Part shown: positions 51,629 through 64,000 of the stretch, one piece after another
How the letters are laid out: every line of letters begins with the position of its first letter
Numbering within the stretch: the stretch's first letter is position 1
Assembly (NCBI GenBank): GCA_040954595.2
Contig: CM082596.2
Coordinates: 6,336,791-6,400,790, forward strand
Source of the DNA: Balanoglossus misakiensis
Lineage: Eukaryota; Animalia; Hemichordata
Direction of reading: 5' to 3'
DNA: 64,000 nt
Position numbers and translations under genes: made by a program
Notes under the pieces: model-generated
What the model was told of the DNA's origin: nothing
Database searches by the model: none
The model's input: the letters and a program-made list of their open reading frames with translations, nothing else

Positions 51629-51815
51629 GGGGAAGGAGGGAGGGAGGGAGGGGGGAGAGGGGTGTGGGAGGGAGGGAGGGAGGGAGGGAGATGGTTGAAA
51701 CACAATTTGAGAGACGGAGAGGAGGGAGGGAGAGAGAGTGGGGTGGGGAGAGTGAGATGGTTGAAACAAAGTTTGAGAGAAGAATCCGGGGGAGGGATGG
51801 AGACATATGGTTGAA
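51629..51815 (+). repeat. (GGGA)n-rich tract with three ATGGTTGAAA repeats
   Basis: Direct inspection. Confidence 0.8.
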
Positions 51816-54226
51816 ATAAATTTACGATATGATAAATGTACATGTCGGCATGACCTGACTCAGGCAATGATAATCAACGAACATGAAGCACGGAACAGCC
51901 GAGCGTTTTGAGTCGTGGTACAAGTATTAAGATGAGATTATCAATAACAATATCAGTATTAGGTATTAGGATGACACACAGCGCGCATGCTAAGGAAAAT
52001 CACATAACTGTACATGCCTACAGTAGATCAAAATCGTCATTTAAATACCATTTTATATATCAGAATCTTGTTTTCAATATGGACAGACACACACAATTAA
52101 TTTGGAATCTTTGTCTGTTGCATTTGATGACGTGATCAATTATATCCACCGACTTTGCTCGTTCTGACACAGTTCTGGCCGTGCTAAGATGAGCCGGGCG
52201 TCGTTCGTTGGGGATAAAAATCTATAGTTTGTTTATACGCGCGACGAAATCCAATTGAAGCTATTGAAGTTTCTCTCAGACTGGAAAGCCGGGCTCGGGC
52301 AGCTACCCACGGATAATGAAGCAGCCGCCATTAGGAGCGGATTCCGGCGCAGCTGAGACGGTTCACCGTCGGTTTCCTTAAAAAAAACCACGGGATTCTT
52401 TTAATCCTCAATTCAGTTCGGTGACAGTCCGGTGCCAGAAGTGATTGACGGTGTCTTCAGCAAGAAAAAAAGAGGATTCTTTTAACGAGTTTTTATCTGT
52501 ATTTGTTTAGGAATCTCCGGACACGGCGCTCTTGAATGCTGATACCCCGCGCACTGTTTGGACGGGCTTGATGAATATTTGGCCACCTGGGATCGGCAAA
52601 TAAACTGTTTCCACTAAGGCGGAAAACAAGCCGGCCATAATCAATCTCAATTATCACTCTATTAAAATTAAATAGCAGGCCAACGTTTCTATTTCAAATC
52701 GATATCTTCTTTGGAGTATCCCAACAGGCCATCAAATGAGGCAACCGAAACGACTGACGGCAAATGGTTTATAAATAACTGCCCTGAAGACACTGTTTTC
52801 TATGTACAGGTAAATTTCATTCGCCTCCGTTCGAATTCTTTAACCATTTTTATTGATTCTATCAAAACACGTCACTGTTTTTGAATGGCGCACTTGAGGT
52901 TTCATATTCGCTTATCCAATTTCGTGGTTCAACACGAAGAGAAATCGAAATAAACTATTTTTTTTGTCTTTGGCCTGTTGTGACAGGACAGTATTTGGCT
53001 AACGACGACCAACCCTTCGGTGAAAAATACTAACGCTCGCATAGGAGACGCCGCGTTTTAACTTCTTATCGAGGGATTAGGGCGAAAACCCACAGCCGGC
53101 TTTTTCATCGATGCACGACAGCGCGGCGGAGAGCCCTGGAAATACGAGACGGAGTTCGTTTACTCGTCACATCCTGCGTTTTCGGCTCGCTGTGTCCGCC
53201 AGTAAGGGGATCTCGCCGCACAGGAGATTAAATCGCGGTCTCTCATCACTCAGGTGAACACAATCAAATCTTGTCAGGGCTTATTTCTGTCTTAGAAAGC
53301 AAGGAAATTACTTGCGCCACATCTGAAGGCCTCGCCGCTAGAATTCGTCCTTTCGCCGTATTCTTTCCGACCTAAACAGCGGAAAGCGATAAGATATATG
53401 GACGGTGGATTTAGAAGGAACAGCGCACTTTCCCCACGACGTTACAGTTTAGTATAATACTGTATGCAGTACTGGGATAGCCTCATGACCTACTTCGGAA
53501 AAGAGATGTTGCGAAAACAATTTGACTTGCAGTGAAACCTAACGTCGGTTTTTATTTTCGATCGACGTTTTTTGTAACTGGCCAGCCTGTATCAATTTTG
53601 CCCTTTTCTCAAAAAAAAAATATAAAGCGTTTTCCACGAACTTCTCCGGGGTTAGGCAATTTTGTTTTGTTTGAAATCGGGTTTCATTCAATAATCAAGC
53701 ACGACAAGGTCCAATTTGTGACGAGATAAAATAACTGCCTTCGCAAACGTATTTTATAATATATTTCACTATCGCTCTCACGCGAGCCTTCCGCTCGAGA
53801 GCGACGAGCTCGGCGCAGTAATTCCTAACGAGACAGATCTGCCGGAGAACACGACAACTTGGTCACGCGATGGTTAGACGTGGCGCCATGGAGACACCGG
53901 TAAAATAGGAGTACATATCAGACAATTAGGGACAAATTCTGAAAGCTCATTCTCCGGTTGACGCTTAAGCCGCTTCTGCGGTTGCGCGTGATTTCAGCGA
54001 TAAAGGGAAAAAAAAGCCGCCCGTTTTGTGAAAAACACATTAAGGTAAAATTGCCGGGGTCGAACCTGTAGGTTTTTATCGGGGGCTTTTTTGTAAATTT
54101 GCTGAAGATAAGCGTTCGATTAACTGATGAGAAATGTGGTTGGTTGGTTGGTTGGCTGGATGGTCGTGTTCTGGTTGGTGGGCCACCAGACGACTGTGGG
54201 CTTTGACTGATGGATGCTAGTGATGT

Positions 54227-54554
54227 TGAATGAATGAATGAATGAATGAATGAATGAATGAATGAATGAGTGAGTGAGTGAGTGAGTGAGTGAGTGAGTG
54301 AGTGAGTGAGTGTGTGTATGTCTGTATGTATGTATGTATGTGTGTGTGTATGTCTGTATGTATGTATGTATGTATGTATGTATGTATGTATGTATGTATG
54401 TATGTATGTATGTATGTATGTATGTATGTATGTATGTATGTATGTATGTATGTATGTATGTATGTATGTATGTATGTATGTATGTATGTATGTATGTATG
54501 TATGTATGTATGTATGTATGTATGTGTATGTATGTATGTATGTATGTATGTATG
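54227..54554. repeat. Compound (GAAT)n-(GAGT)n-(GTAT)n microsatellite
   Basis: Direct inspection. Confidence 0.98.
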
Positions 54555-57500
54555 TTACTTTAACTAGCAATAGAACCGTCAAAATAGATAAGACCACCCG
54601 ACGCATTCCTTTGAATATCACAGCGAAATAGACACCAGTTGCGATGGCAAACGTAAAATGTAAATGTGGAGGGGGGAATATCGTTGAAGCGCTCTTAAAT
54701 TACCGAGAGAAAAAAATAAAAAAGCAGAAGAGAATTGGATGGAACACACGCTCGAGCGGTCAGAGGCAACCTCAGCTCGCCACGACTTGCCCCTCAACCG
54801 TGAACTGAAAACGGAATTAAGTGTATCTCCGATACGTTTCAGGATGTGCACGGCCAAACTGTGCATTTATTTTCCAAGGCGAGCATCCAAATCGGGCGGG
54901 GGTCAACGAAGGTCACCCTCACAGAAAGGTGTGCAGATGGAAACGGCCACTTAATTTCTTCCACGCCGCGAACTCCGTCGACATTCCGATTGGAAAAAAA
55001 GTGAGCGATTTATAAGTCCTGCACGTCGGTATGACGTCACACTGCATGCCGAGGTCAGGTCTGAACTCCGCGAAAAGAGCAAAAGTTGCCCTTCTTCAGA
55101 CATTGCGATGGCAACACTTAACGGATGGCCACGGGAAGAGATGCCCGTGACCGACAGCTGAGCTGTAACGATGGCAACCGCGCATACCGCCCAATATCAG
55201 GTTTTTTGGTCGGAGGCCAGAAAGCCACCTGTTTTAAGAGTCTGACAACCAATAATTACAGAATAAATATTAACTACAGTTTACATCAAATTCACCAAAT
55301 TTCTGGCACAACGACGAAGCAACGTTTACCTGTTTAACGTTTTGGAATGAAAATTGCGTGTTTAGAATACCAAACAATAAAGAAACAGGATCATAAAATC
55401 AGATCATATCAATGTTCCCCATAAAAATTAAAGAGAGACTCACTAGATGCTAGAGATATTACCGATTGTATCACTTTAAGCGATTTCACGCAACACTGAG
55501 CAATTTTGTGCAGAATCGTGGCGTAAAGTTTAAAACTCAGGCAACTTCTACCCTATATTAACGAGTGTTTACAGCTTGGTGAAAGTTAATTAATTCCGCG
55601 GTGCTTTATCTTGGCACCACAAGACGGTAAAAAGCCAAAACCAGACCAGACTACACCAGACCAAACAAAATCAAAGTTAACCAAGCCAAAACCAAACAAA
55701 ACTAGTCGAGACCAAGCCAATCCAATGTACCACGCCAGGCATTGCCAAATTTGTACAAGGAACACAGCGAAGCCCCACAAACATCTCGCCGATTTAACGC
55801 GTATCAACCGAAGAACAAAATAACCTCACAAGCCGCAGTCGTGAAAAAAATAAAATCATCGTCGTCAATTATGCATCCCCGTAGGCTACAGACTGAAGAC
55901 AAATCCGCGACATTTAAAACGCGTGCGAGCAATTTTACTGTGTCGTGTTGTTGTGCGGAACGTATAACCAGCGAAAGCGATCCGCCATACTCTACACACG
56001 CGGCCACTAAGAATGCGACTTTCTTACATACTAATTATACCTTCAATGTGTGTAAGCCGACACGCCGGCCAATCGAAATCGCCCCGGGTGATGAGCTGCT
56101 CGTCTCTCTGTCGGCGCGCACCTTTCCCCGGAGGGGTGGCAACGCGCATCATGTAAGGGCAATATTATGCAAATTTATACCTTACTTCGGGGAATTGCAC
56201 TACCGCCAGCAGTTGGCCTTCTGTGCATGGTAAGCCCCGGATCGACAAAAGGGAAAAAAAGAATCTTTGTCGGTCTTTGATTGTCTTGCTGGGCAATTTT
56301 AACTTCATTATTGTTGGGCGGACGTTACTATTTGAAGATTAAGTTCGGGTATTATGAACTGAACATCGCCATCTCCGGTATAATATTGGCATCCCTCCAA
56401 AATGGGGACGGGGGGGGGGGGGGGTAGTAGCCAAAAGAGATTTCAAACTGGAGCAACGTAGATTTACCAAGCTGTGCCTTCAACGAGAAAACACGTCTGC
56501 ACATTGCAGTAGAATTAACATGCAAGCAAACAGTCAAACACGCGCATGTCAATGTAATGCTGAACATTTGACGTCAATCCCCACGTCTTTTATACAAGCG
56601 GGTTTTCTCAGAGTCGGTTACTAGTAATACTGTGCATCGCTTTCGAATCTCACGACGAGCGGCACCCGAATTAGTCCCTGAAAGTTGTTTACTGGTCGGA
56701 GTTGGTCCGGAGGTGAGCGACACGGAAGAGGTGGCTTTGGGATTTTTTTTCTTTTTTTTTTTAAACAGGCGTCCAACAATGAGCGAATTGAACCTGCACA
56801 CAAGCGATTGAAAACAGTAATTACACGGACATTGTGTAGAAACGCGGTAAAAAGGAAAAAAAGTGGGCGCTGACTACGCCGCGCCGCTGAACGCCAAATC
56901 CTCGTTAATTGGTTGCGTTTGTCTATTGACGGGATTAGCTCCTCGGTACGAGTGGGGGACCCTTCTCAATCGGCCCCAGACGACACAATGTCTGAAGACG
57001 GTGGTTGTGTTTCCACTCGGCTGCTAATCACTTTATGACTGGGGACATTCACATCCCATTGAAAACGGCCAGCCCTTTTCCACGCCAAAGACGCTTTTCA
57101 GGGCCTCTGTCGTGGCGATAATACAGTGGGGGAGGTTACACTAGATTAGCGGTGGGGTCCCTAACACTTGAACACGACTCCCCGTGGCTCAAAAACCATT
57201 GATACGATGGCCAACCGCCGCACTAAAGAGAATGACCTCTGCCCTCTGGGAGAGAACGACTGGATATCTTAATTCACAATCGCAGTTATCCGGCTACCCA
57301 GTGTAATGAAACATTCGAAGGAACAATATTAGTCCATCTCAATTCATTTCATTTCAGGTCCTAAATGGCACTTAATTTGATGTCCCAACTTTGGACAAAA
57401 CACAGAATGCATGGACGAAAAAAAAAACTTTTGCCACGCTATGGCCAGTTAAATTTAACTCTGGTTACATACAGAACTAATTGTTTTACGAGACAAACGA

Positions 57501-57734
57501 TGATGTTAATTGCCACGTTTAATTGTTATGTATAGTCAGTATCTAATCAATGGTCATTTGTGCGAAAATTGTTTGTTTTGCTTACAAACGAAGGCGGGCC
57601 ATGCACCATTCTTGGTGATCCTCGGCCAATGAAATTTTTAAAACCAACTCATGGTGGCGATATTTCAATACTTCGCATCAGGCGTGGGCTATGGGAGTTG
57701 GTGCACGACGTCACACCACGGACACACGACAGAC

Positions 57735-57792
57735 TAGTCTCGGTTACCCAGACTCCTCAGCCCGCGCGAAGGAGTCTGGGTAACCGAGACTA
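57735..57792. mobile_element. 58-bp palindromic MITE with 23-bp perfect TIRs and 9-bp TSD
   Basis: ACGACAGAC|TAGTCTCGGTTACCCAGACTCCT-12 nt-AGGAGTCTGGGTAACCGAGACTA|ACGACAGAC. Confidence 0.9.
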
Positions 57793-58594
57793 ACGACAGA
57801 CTCGATTCACAAACATACCGAGGTTGCGTCTTTGCGGATTTATATGTTTTATCAATCTATTAAGTTATTTGTCGAAAGTAATGGTTCGGGAAAATTTCCT
57901 ACATACAGAACAAGCATTAGTGTTCACTGGCACTGGATTTTATTCCCCCTTTTGATGTTTGGTGGTGAATTCACCAATATTTAATTTCACAGAGCTGGGT
58001 GTAAAACGATGAGTGATACTGTGATTTTACATTTTTACGATCCTCTACCACGGTCACAGTGACCGCGCCTCTTGATATTTAGCGCCACCAGTGTTGGCAA
58101 AGGATTGCTTTTGTTTTTCTATCACGTGTGATGAATTTAAAAGCAATGCGCTTTCAGAATATTAATAAAGCATATACAAAAAACAAAAAGTGGATTGCTA
58201 TGGATTGTGAAAAAATTGTCTGGTTCGCAGCTAATATTTTCCTTCATCTAATCATTGAGTCAAGCAGGAAAAACAATGGAGATACAACGTGAGATTCTGA
58301 ACGACGTTGAAGTGTCCATTGAAGACACCGTGACGGTTCTGCGCAGTGCTAATTATCATATTTCTTATAGTCTCAAAATTCTCCCACTACCGACCTGACT
58401 ATGACACTTTCCCATCATAACAGCCAGTCAATTTTAGGAACCACTACGTCTTCCAATGGAGACGGAAGCAGCGATGGTCTTTTCCACGGAAGAACGTTCC
58501 TTCCACTGTATGTTTTCGCAGAAACACAGGGTTCATATGACATGTCAGGGACATTTGACCCAGAAAATCAAAACAACTTGGCAGGCGTGAACCG

Positions 58595-58720
58595 TTATAT
58601 ATTGGACACCCCATGTCCACAACGTTGAGCAAACACTGGCAAACATACAGAAATCGCTGACATCGGAAAAGTCAAGAAAATCCACTGTAGTCTAACCTGG
58701 GTAAATATCAAAAGGTAGGT
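58595..58720 (+). promoter_or_regulatory. Candidate TATA-like box and non-coding first exon of the Bf-like gene
   Basis: TTATATAT at ~58595 and donor AAG|GTAGGT at 58714/58715. The start ATG sits directly after a splice acceptor, which implies an upstream exon. Confidence 0.35.
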
Positions 58721-59453
58721 TGCACCGAATTCACGTTAAAGTGCCCTTATGGCGGTATAGATGGTTTAGTGATAACGGACAGTGGTCTGTCTGACTATGC
58801 TCACGAGTACTTTTCTTGTTGTAAAGGCACTAAAATCATATACATGTACTAGTAACTTCTAAATTTAACTGATAACGAAAGACCAGACGTCTTGCCATGG
58901 TCCGTAAACTACTCTGTGTATATTATGTATCGGAATAGGGTGATACTAGATATACAGTCTACAACCAGTCAAAGTCGACACTGTTCGCTCACAGAAACTG
59001 TCTGTAGCTCTTAGGCTCATTTGGTCAAATGATTTATTTGGCTATAGATGTGATGTACATGTACACTTCGTCTATGGTTGGTTTACGATAATCGTACGAT
59101 TACTCCCCAACACCAGTTTTTGCACAATCGTGAATAGAGTAGCTGTACGGGGCAGGGGTAGTGTGACGTCATTGTCACGCTGTTTTTTCGTAGCTTAGAT
59201 ATACAAGAAGTTATGTCTAATGCTAACAACACTTATGATAGCAGAAATCATTGTGGGTCAAAAGTCGCGTTTAGCCGGCATAAACAACGTGACAACCCGA
59301 CGTGATCGCCAAGTTTTTGCGCTTGCGTGTCCCCTCCCAATATGTCGTGCAAGTAAAAGCCAAGCGGTATGATTTGGATTTAGAACTCCCGTTAAGACTC
59401 TCACAGTGACTTAGCAAAACTTTAGTAAATTTTAAATTTACTTTTCATTTCAG

Positions 59454-59529
59454 ATGACGCGGTTAAAGCGTTTGCTGTGGGTATGTGCAATCGGGATTTT
59501 GTATCCGGCAGTCTTCACACCTTGTGCAG
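59454..59529 (+). CDS. CFB: Bf/C2-like coding exon 1: signal peptide MTRLKRLLWVCAIGILYPAVFTPCA
   Basis: ATG directly after the acceptor tttcatttcag; basic N-terminus plus hydrophobic core; donor CAG|gtaata, phase 1. Confidence 0.8.
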
Positions 59530-62500
59530 GTAATACCAGCCTGACCACAAAAATGACCGTTTTGACAGTGTACGACGGTGCAAACGCGTACGTCCATTTG
59601 TCTCGCAATACGATCCAATATGGCCCACACTGAATTCCTTAATTAATTTAATTAATGATGAATATCCCTTACCTTGTCAGAAGCAACGTGTCCACCACTG
59701 CAAGACGAAATAAGCAACGGCAACTCGACAGCAGAGGAGAGAGAGTACCATGGCGACGAGATCGTCTATTACAGTTGTAACCAAGGATACAAGGTCAAAG
59801 GTGATAGCTGGCGGGTATGCTCGCTGTATGAAAATGAAAATGGTACTGTGTCATTCGCCTGGACTGGGAGCACTCCACGGTGCGAGGGTACGTTGGTTGC
59901 TAATTAAAATAACAAGATCCCTAACCCTAATACAATGTCCATCTTATCCGACTTAGTGTTGTGATAGTGGCCATCACCTTCGAAGTTATTGTTTTGAAGT
60001 AAAATTAGATCGGTACAGTACAGGCGGAAACGATCTATCTACGGGAGAGAGTGTACAAGAACCTGGGCGGAATTTCTCATGGTACACCAAATATGTCCTT
60101 TTCACTATTTGTCGTTAGTTTATAAATGTTGTTTGAAGACAATTTTAAAACTAAACAGACTCTCCTGACGATTATATTTGCTGCTAATCATCTTTGTAAA
60201 AAAGATGCATTGGATTTTTTCGCAGAGATACGCTGTCCCAGTCTCGGTCACCCGGAGAACGGCAGACGCATCGGCTCCTCGTACAGGGTCGGGGACGCGG
60301 TCACCTTCAGGTGTAATTCGCGGTACACCCTCTACGGTGCCGAGAGCAGGACGTGCGCGGAGAACGGCAAGTGGAGTGGGGCGCTAACTGTTTGCGACAA
60401 CGGGGGTAAGTGACCAGCAGCCTGGGGGGGGGGGGCAGCCAGTCAACGACACTGTCTATGAGACAATATTGTTTACAGTTTGACTTCTCGCAGTCGCATT
60501 GACAATATTTAAATAATAACACATGTTAGCGAGGGCAATATCATGATCTTTGGCCTGCACGAGGGATGGAGATCTCTGACCATAATATTGCGGCTCGGGC
60601 ATCATCAATATTATGGTCAGCGATCACCAGCCCGAGGGCAGGCCAAAGATCATGATATTGCCCGAGCATGACATGTGTTATTAATTTTATTATACCGAAC
60701 ATTTGACCATACATACAGCATAGAGGGTTCCGTCCATGTCGTACATTGCAGGTTGCAGCGAACTAAAATATCTCGCCGTACCTACTTCGAACTCAAATAA
60801 TCTTGAGAAAACCGCGCTGTTGGTTGCGACTTTGGTGTATTTACTGTCCGTTTGCGGTAAAATATCGTCCAGTTGAACAGCTGTTAATCCTGTGTGTCGC
60901 TTTGAAGCCATAGATGCGGGAGTTGACTGATCGTGAAGGAAGCCATTGAACGACAGTTTGTTGCGCGCAGAAAAGATGCGCAGAACCTAAAACCTGTTCT
61001 CAGCCTGCAATATACTCTCAGCGCGCGCGTATCCCCGGCCCGTAGCCCCTACCTACGGGCCATAGAGTCTGTCAACCATGTTATATCACGTTCTTTTTCT
61101 ATGTCACGTGGTATGGTCTCAGCCAATCAATAGTACGGAATACAGAGTGAGGTGTAATAAACAACAATATTCACCACTCTGAGAGACACATAAACATTAA
61201 AGCCCCGTGAGCTGCAGCTCCATAAAAAAAATAAGCCATATAAACAATCTCAGATATACTTATAATTCTGTCTAATTTCCCAAAAGTTGCAGCTCATGGG
61301 GCTTTAATTAAGATTATTTACATCACTACCCTTATCGAAGCATCTCAGGCCAATTTTAGCACATACAGAGCATAAATTAATTACTGGCCGCGGCACGATT
61401 GCAGTTTAATATATTTCCCTGACCAAAATGGCACGAGTAATGAAGGATGCCGTCTTGATCTCGGTTACTATGAAACTGCAATGGCGTGCGGAAGTGACGT
61501 CTGCTTACCTGTACTGGTTCTGGTTGGTGAACGGACGTCGGCAGACCTGAAGGAATATGCGGTTTCTTTCGTCACAGAGTCACAGAGTCCAGCAAAATTC
61601 CCCCGAAAGTTTCCACAAAGTGACTAGAACAACCAGTCGGCATCTCGACGCATTTCGGCTTCACTTCCAAACGTATTTTGAGAAATAAAGGTGTCATTGA
61701 AATCCTACGTGGCGCTTCCAAGTGAAGTCGGCGACGGACAGGAAAAGGTACACCAACCGCGCGTTAGGTAACAACCAATGGAGCTGTCCGTCAACCTGTG
61801 CGCGTAGCAGTTACTGATTGGCTGACAGGAACATCAGCGTATACACCATGATTGGCCGTGTTTTACACGGGTGTTGTCGACGTGTTGTAAGCCGGATAAA
61901 GCTAGCGTGCCTTGCAATGGACGCGCCGCTCGTGTTGGTGAATGAATACCAGGAGAGTCATTTTATCATATTAATCATAAAATTATTAAATCAATCATAT
62001 TGAGTCTTTCTATGAGGCGTCGGTGGCGCATCCCGTGATATTAATTGTACAATTAAAATTCACACGTGATCCTAATGAAGTATAATAACTCACAGACTCA
62101 CATCTTCCGATAACTTGGCATACATTTTACTCTGTGGAAAATAGGATGACAATATTGTGAAAGAACACGGTTCGCGGGGTTCCTGGTTATCAAACACGCA
62201 TCAAGACTCGATACAACAGTTTTGCTTTGTGAGAAACATGACTACATAAGATGTGAGTTTTTTATTCGTTAACAGCGTCGTTATGCCCGAACCCCGGCGT
62301 TCCAACCAACGGCCGCAAGTATGGCCGCCGGTATAACTATGGCAACGAGGTCCGATTCTACTGTAACCGCGGCTACGATCTGATTGGCTCTCCTGTTCGG
62401 GAGTGTTTGGTGACCGGCAAGTGGTCCGGGGAGGAAGTCACGTGTGAAGGTGAATTTGGCATAACTGGTATTCGCTTATTTCGTGGGTTCACATGACCAC

Positions 62501-63626
62501 TCATTGCAACGACGATTCTCTGTAAATGACAATCTTTCTCTGGTTCAATGATGCTTTGAGATGTCTGCCGGGAAACTCGTATTAAAAACACCGGCCAAAA
62601 CTTCAAAATATGTCTTTTTTCTCCTGTCTTTTTCCCCAAGATCCTGACGACTTCGAAGACATCAATGAAGTCATGCCCAGACTTGCCAGACAATTTGACG
62701 CTTTGCAACTTCTGTCGACGTCCACTCACAACATGAGTGACAGTGTACGCGAGCGCGGGCGCCTCCTGGACCTCTCACATCCGGGTGGGCTGGACCTCTA
62801 CTTCGTGTTCGATGCCTCGGCCAGTGTCGGGCTCCAGAACTTCAACAGCGGGATTGCTTTTGCGAAGAAGCTTGTTGAGAAGGTAACGTATTACCATAGT
62901 CCGGGATATCCAGACTACCTCCATCCCAAGTTCTTTGCTGAGCCCGAAAAGCAGTCTGGGTAAACGAAACTGGGAGGAATGAACCAGAATGCAACTTCCA
63001 CAAATAATTTTGTCCATATTTGTTCACTCTGAGAACCTGTCTTCCGAGGCCATGTCTTGCTCGAGTCATTGTACAGCCTGTATAACTGCTCCCATGTATC
63101 GTATACCGTAGGTTGGTGTGTCCAGTGCGTCTGGCGGTACTCGTGTAGGCGCCGTCATGTACGGAACTGAAGTCAAGGTCAATTTCCATCTATCGGATGA
63201 CCTGTTTACCACGCAGGCGGTTTTGGACGCCCTGGATGAAGTCAATTATGAAGGTGACACACAAATCTATCTATTTTCCCTCAAAGTTTTGACGAGACAA
63301 GTTCATGCTTTTGAAACATCAGAATGAAACAACACTTACTCCGCAGTGAGCCAAATTAGAAGAACTTACAGAAAGTACCTGCCTATAATGAAATCGACGT
63401 TTTGTTGTTTATCAATCAAAATCACAAGTCGATACCATGGTCACTGTGCTGTGGAAAAAGATTGTCATCACCTATAGCGATATCATTTTTTTCGTAGCCA
63501 TGGAAAATCGCCGGGGGACTGCAACGGGCCTAGCATTGAAGGCAATCCGGGAACTAATGATTCCACAAGCTGCGGCATTCCTTAACAGACCGAATGCAAA
63601 CAAAGCCCTATTCCTGATCACTGATG
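59454..63626 (+). CDS. CFB: Complement factor B/C2-like protein, 5' part (7 coding exons: signal peptide, CCP1-3, linker, vWA); the serine protease domain is expected beyond the window
   Basis: Exons 59454-59529, 59681-59887, 60226-60405, 62276-62449, 62641-62882, 63112-63253 and 63498-63626 all have AG/GT boundaries and compatible phases (1,1,1,1,0,1,1), splicing into one open frame. The order SP-CCP-CCP-CCP-vWA with MIDAS residues (DASAS, GTAT, LITDG) is the Bf/C2 architecture. Confidence 0.9.
59681..59887 (+). CDS. CFB: Bf/C2-like exon: CCP/sushi domain 1
   Basis: CPPL..ISNG...YSCNQGYKVKG...RVC...WTGSTPRCE; 207 bp, phase 1-1, AG/GT. Confidence 0.92.
60226..60405 (+). CDS. CFB: Bf/C2-like exon: CCP/sushi domain 2
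   Basis: CPSLGHPENGRRIGSSYRVGDAVTFRCNSRYTLYGAESRTCAENGKWSGALTVCD; 180 bp, donor gtaagt. Confidence 0.93.
60512..61160. mobile_element. Intronic interspersed repeat beginning with a ~170-bp hairpin (60515-60682); family unassigned, right boundary uncertain
   Basis: AATAACACATGT...GGGCAATATCATGATCTTTGGCCTGC...CTGACCATAATATTG / CAATATTATGGTCAG...GCAGGCCAAAGATCATGATATTGCCC...ACATGTGTTATT. Confidence 0.6.
61201..61303. mobile_element. 103-bp MITE with TTAA TSD, related to the 29747-30251 element
   Basis: TTAA|AGCCCCGTGAGCTGCAGCT ... AGTTGCAGCTCATGGGGCT|TTAA. Confidence 0.85.
62276..62449 (+). CDS. CFB: Bf/C2-like exon: CCP/sushi domain 3 (not in the ORF track)
   Basis: Manual translation SLCPNPGVPTNGRKYGRRYNYGNEVRFYCNRGYDLIGSPVRECLVTGKWSGEEVTCE; 174 bp, aacag|...|gtgaat. 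Confidence 0.92.
62641..62882 (+). CDS. CFB: Bf/C2-like exon: linker with putative activation site and start of vWA domain
   Basis: ...RERGRLLDLSHPGGLDLYFVFDASASVG (MIDAS DxSxS); 242 bp, phase 1-0. Confidence 0.92.
63112..63253 (+). CDS. CFB: Bf/C2-like exon: vWA domain middle
   Basis: VGVSSASGGTRVGAVMYGTEVKVNFHL...VLDALDEVNYE; 142 bp, phase 0-1. Confidence 0.9.
63498..63626 (+). CDS. CFB: Bf/C2-like exon: vWA domain (MIDAS Thr and Asp)
   Basis: RRGTATGLALKAI...KALFLITDG; 129 bp, phase 1-1, donor gtaggt. Confidence 0.9.
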
Positions 63627-64000
63627 GTAGGTACAGGTTGAACATTATGACGATATGCCAAACCAGAGACTCTGGTTACAAAAATTGTATACAGTCAAGG
63701 CCATAAGGCAGCGGCTGTCCTAACAGAGACAAGATGGCAGCGACCATAGTCTGTGTCGGAGATCAGGAAAAGACAGCAAATCGGGTGAAAAGAAGGGACA
63801 AAACTAATCAAACCCTTGAAATTAAGAATCGAAAACAGCCACTGAAACGGGATGTTTCTCAGAGCTACTACGCCTTGTCAAAGATTATGACAGACATGTT
63901 GGTTTGACCTAAAGCTTGCGCCCACGACCCACACTTGTGATAGAGTGTCCAGGACTTAAAAAACTCCTGGTATCGCATTTCAGGGAGACACAACATCGGC

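Noticed and set aside
29000-58500. Short ORFs (60-163 aa) in the middle region
   Set aside because: No recognisable domains and no consistent exon chain; small exons could still have been missed
59920-59931. Telomeric (TAACCC) repeat
   Set aside because: Fewer than two full units; chance occurrence
62373-63189. Minus-strand ORFs overlapping the Bf exons
   Set aside because: Antisense shadows of GC-rich coding exons

Overview
Eukaryotic (animal) genomic DNA. The microsatellites, MITEs and an intron-containing complement gene suggest an invertebrate deuterostome, but this is inference. Three zones: (1) ~1-29 kb is a non-coding repeat complex with large-scale mirror symmetry about ~16.82-16.84 kb. 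A ~122-bp satellite runs on + (7.4-13.7 kb) and on - (20.9-26.0 kb), bracketed by inverted copies of a ~700-bp unique segment (6.66-7.37 kb vs 26.28-26.95 kb). The centre holds five degenerate tRNA-Leu-like heads, three on + and two on -, all pointing inward at a hairpin-dense ~500-bp core. The two inner heads look like convergent Pol III units whose first oligo-T runs lie 12 bp apart. (2) ~29-58 kb has no gene I can support, only MITEs, microsatellites and scattered motifs. (3) 59.45-63.63 kb carries seven coding exons of a complement factor B/C2-like gene (signal peptide, 3 CCP/sushi domains, vWA domain with intact MIDAS) that continues past the window end. Almost all supplied ORFs are repeat-derived noise. 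All alignments and folds were done by eye; no database search was run.
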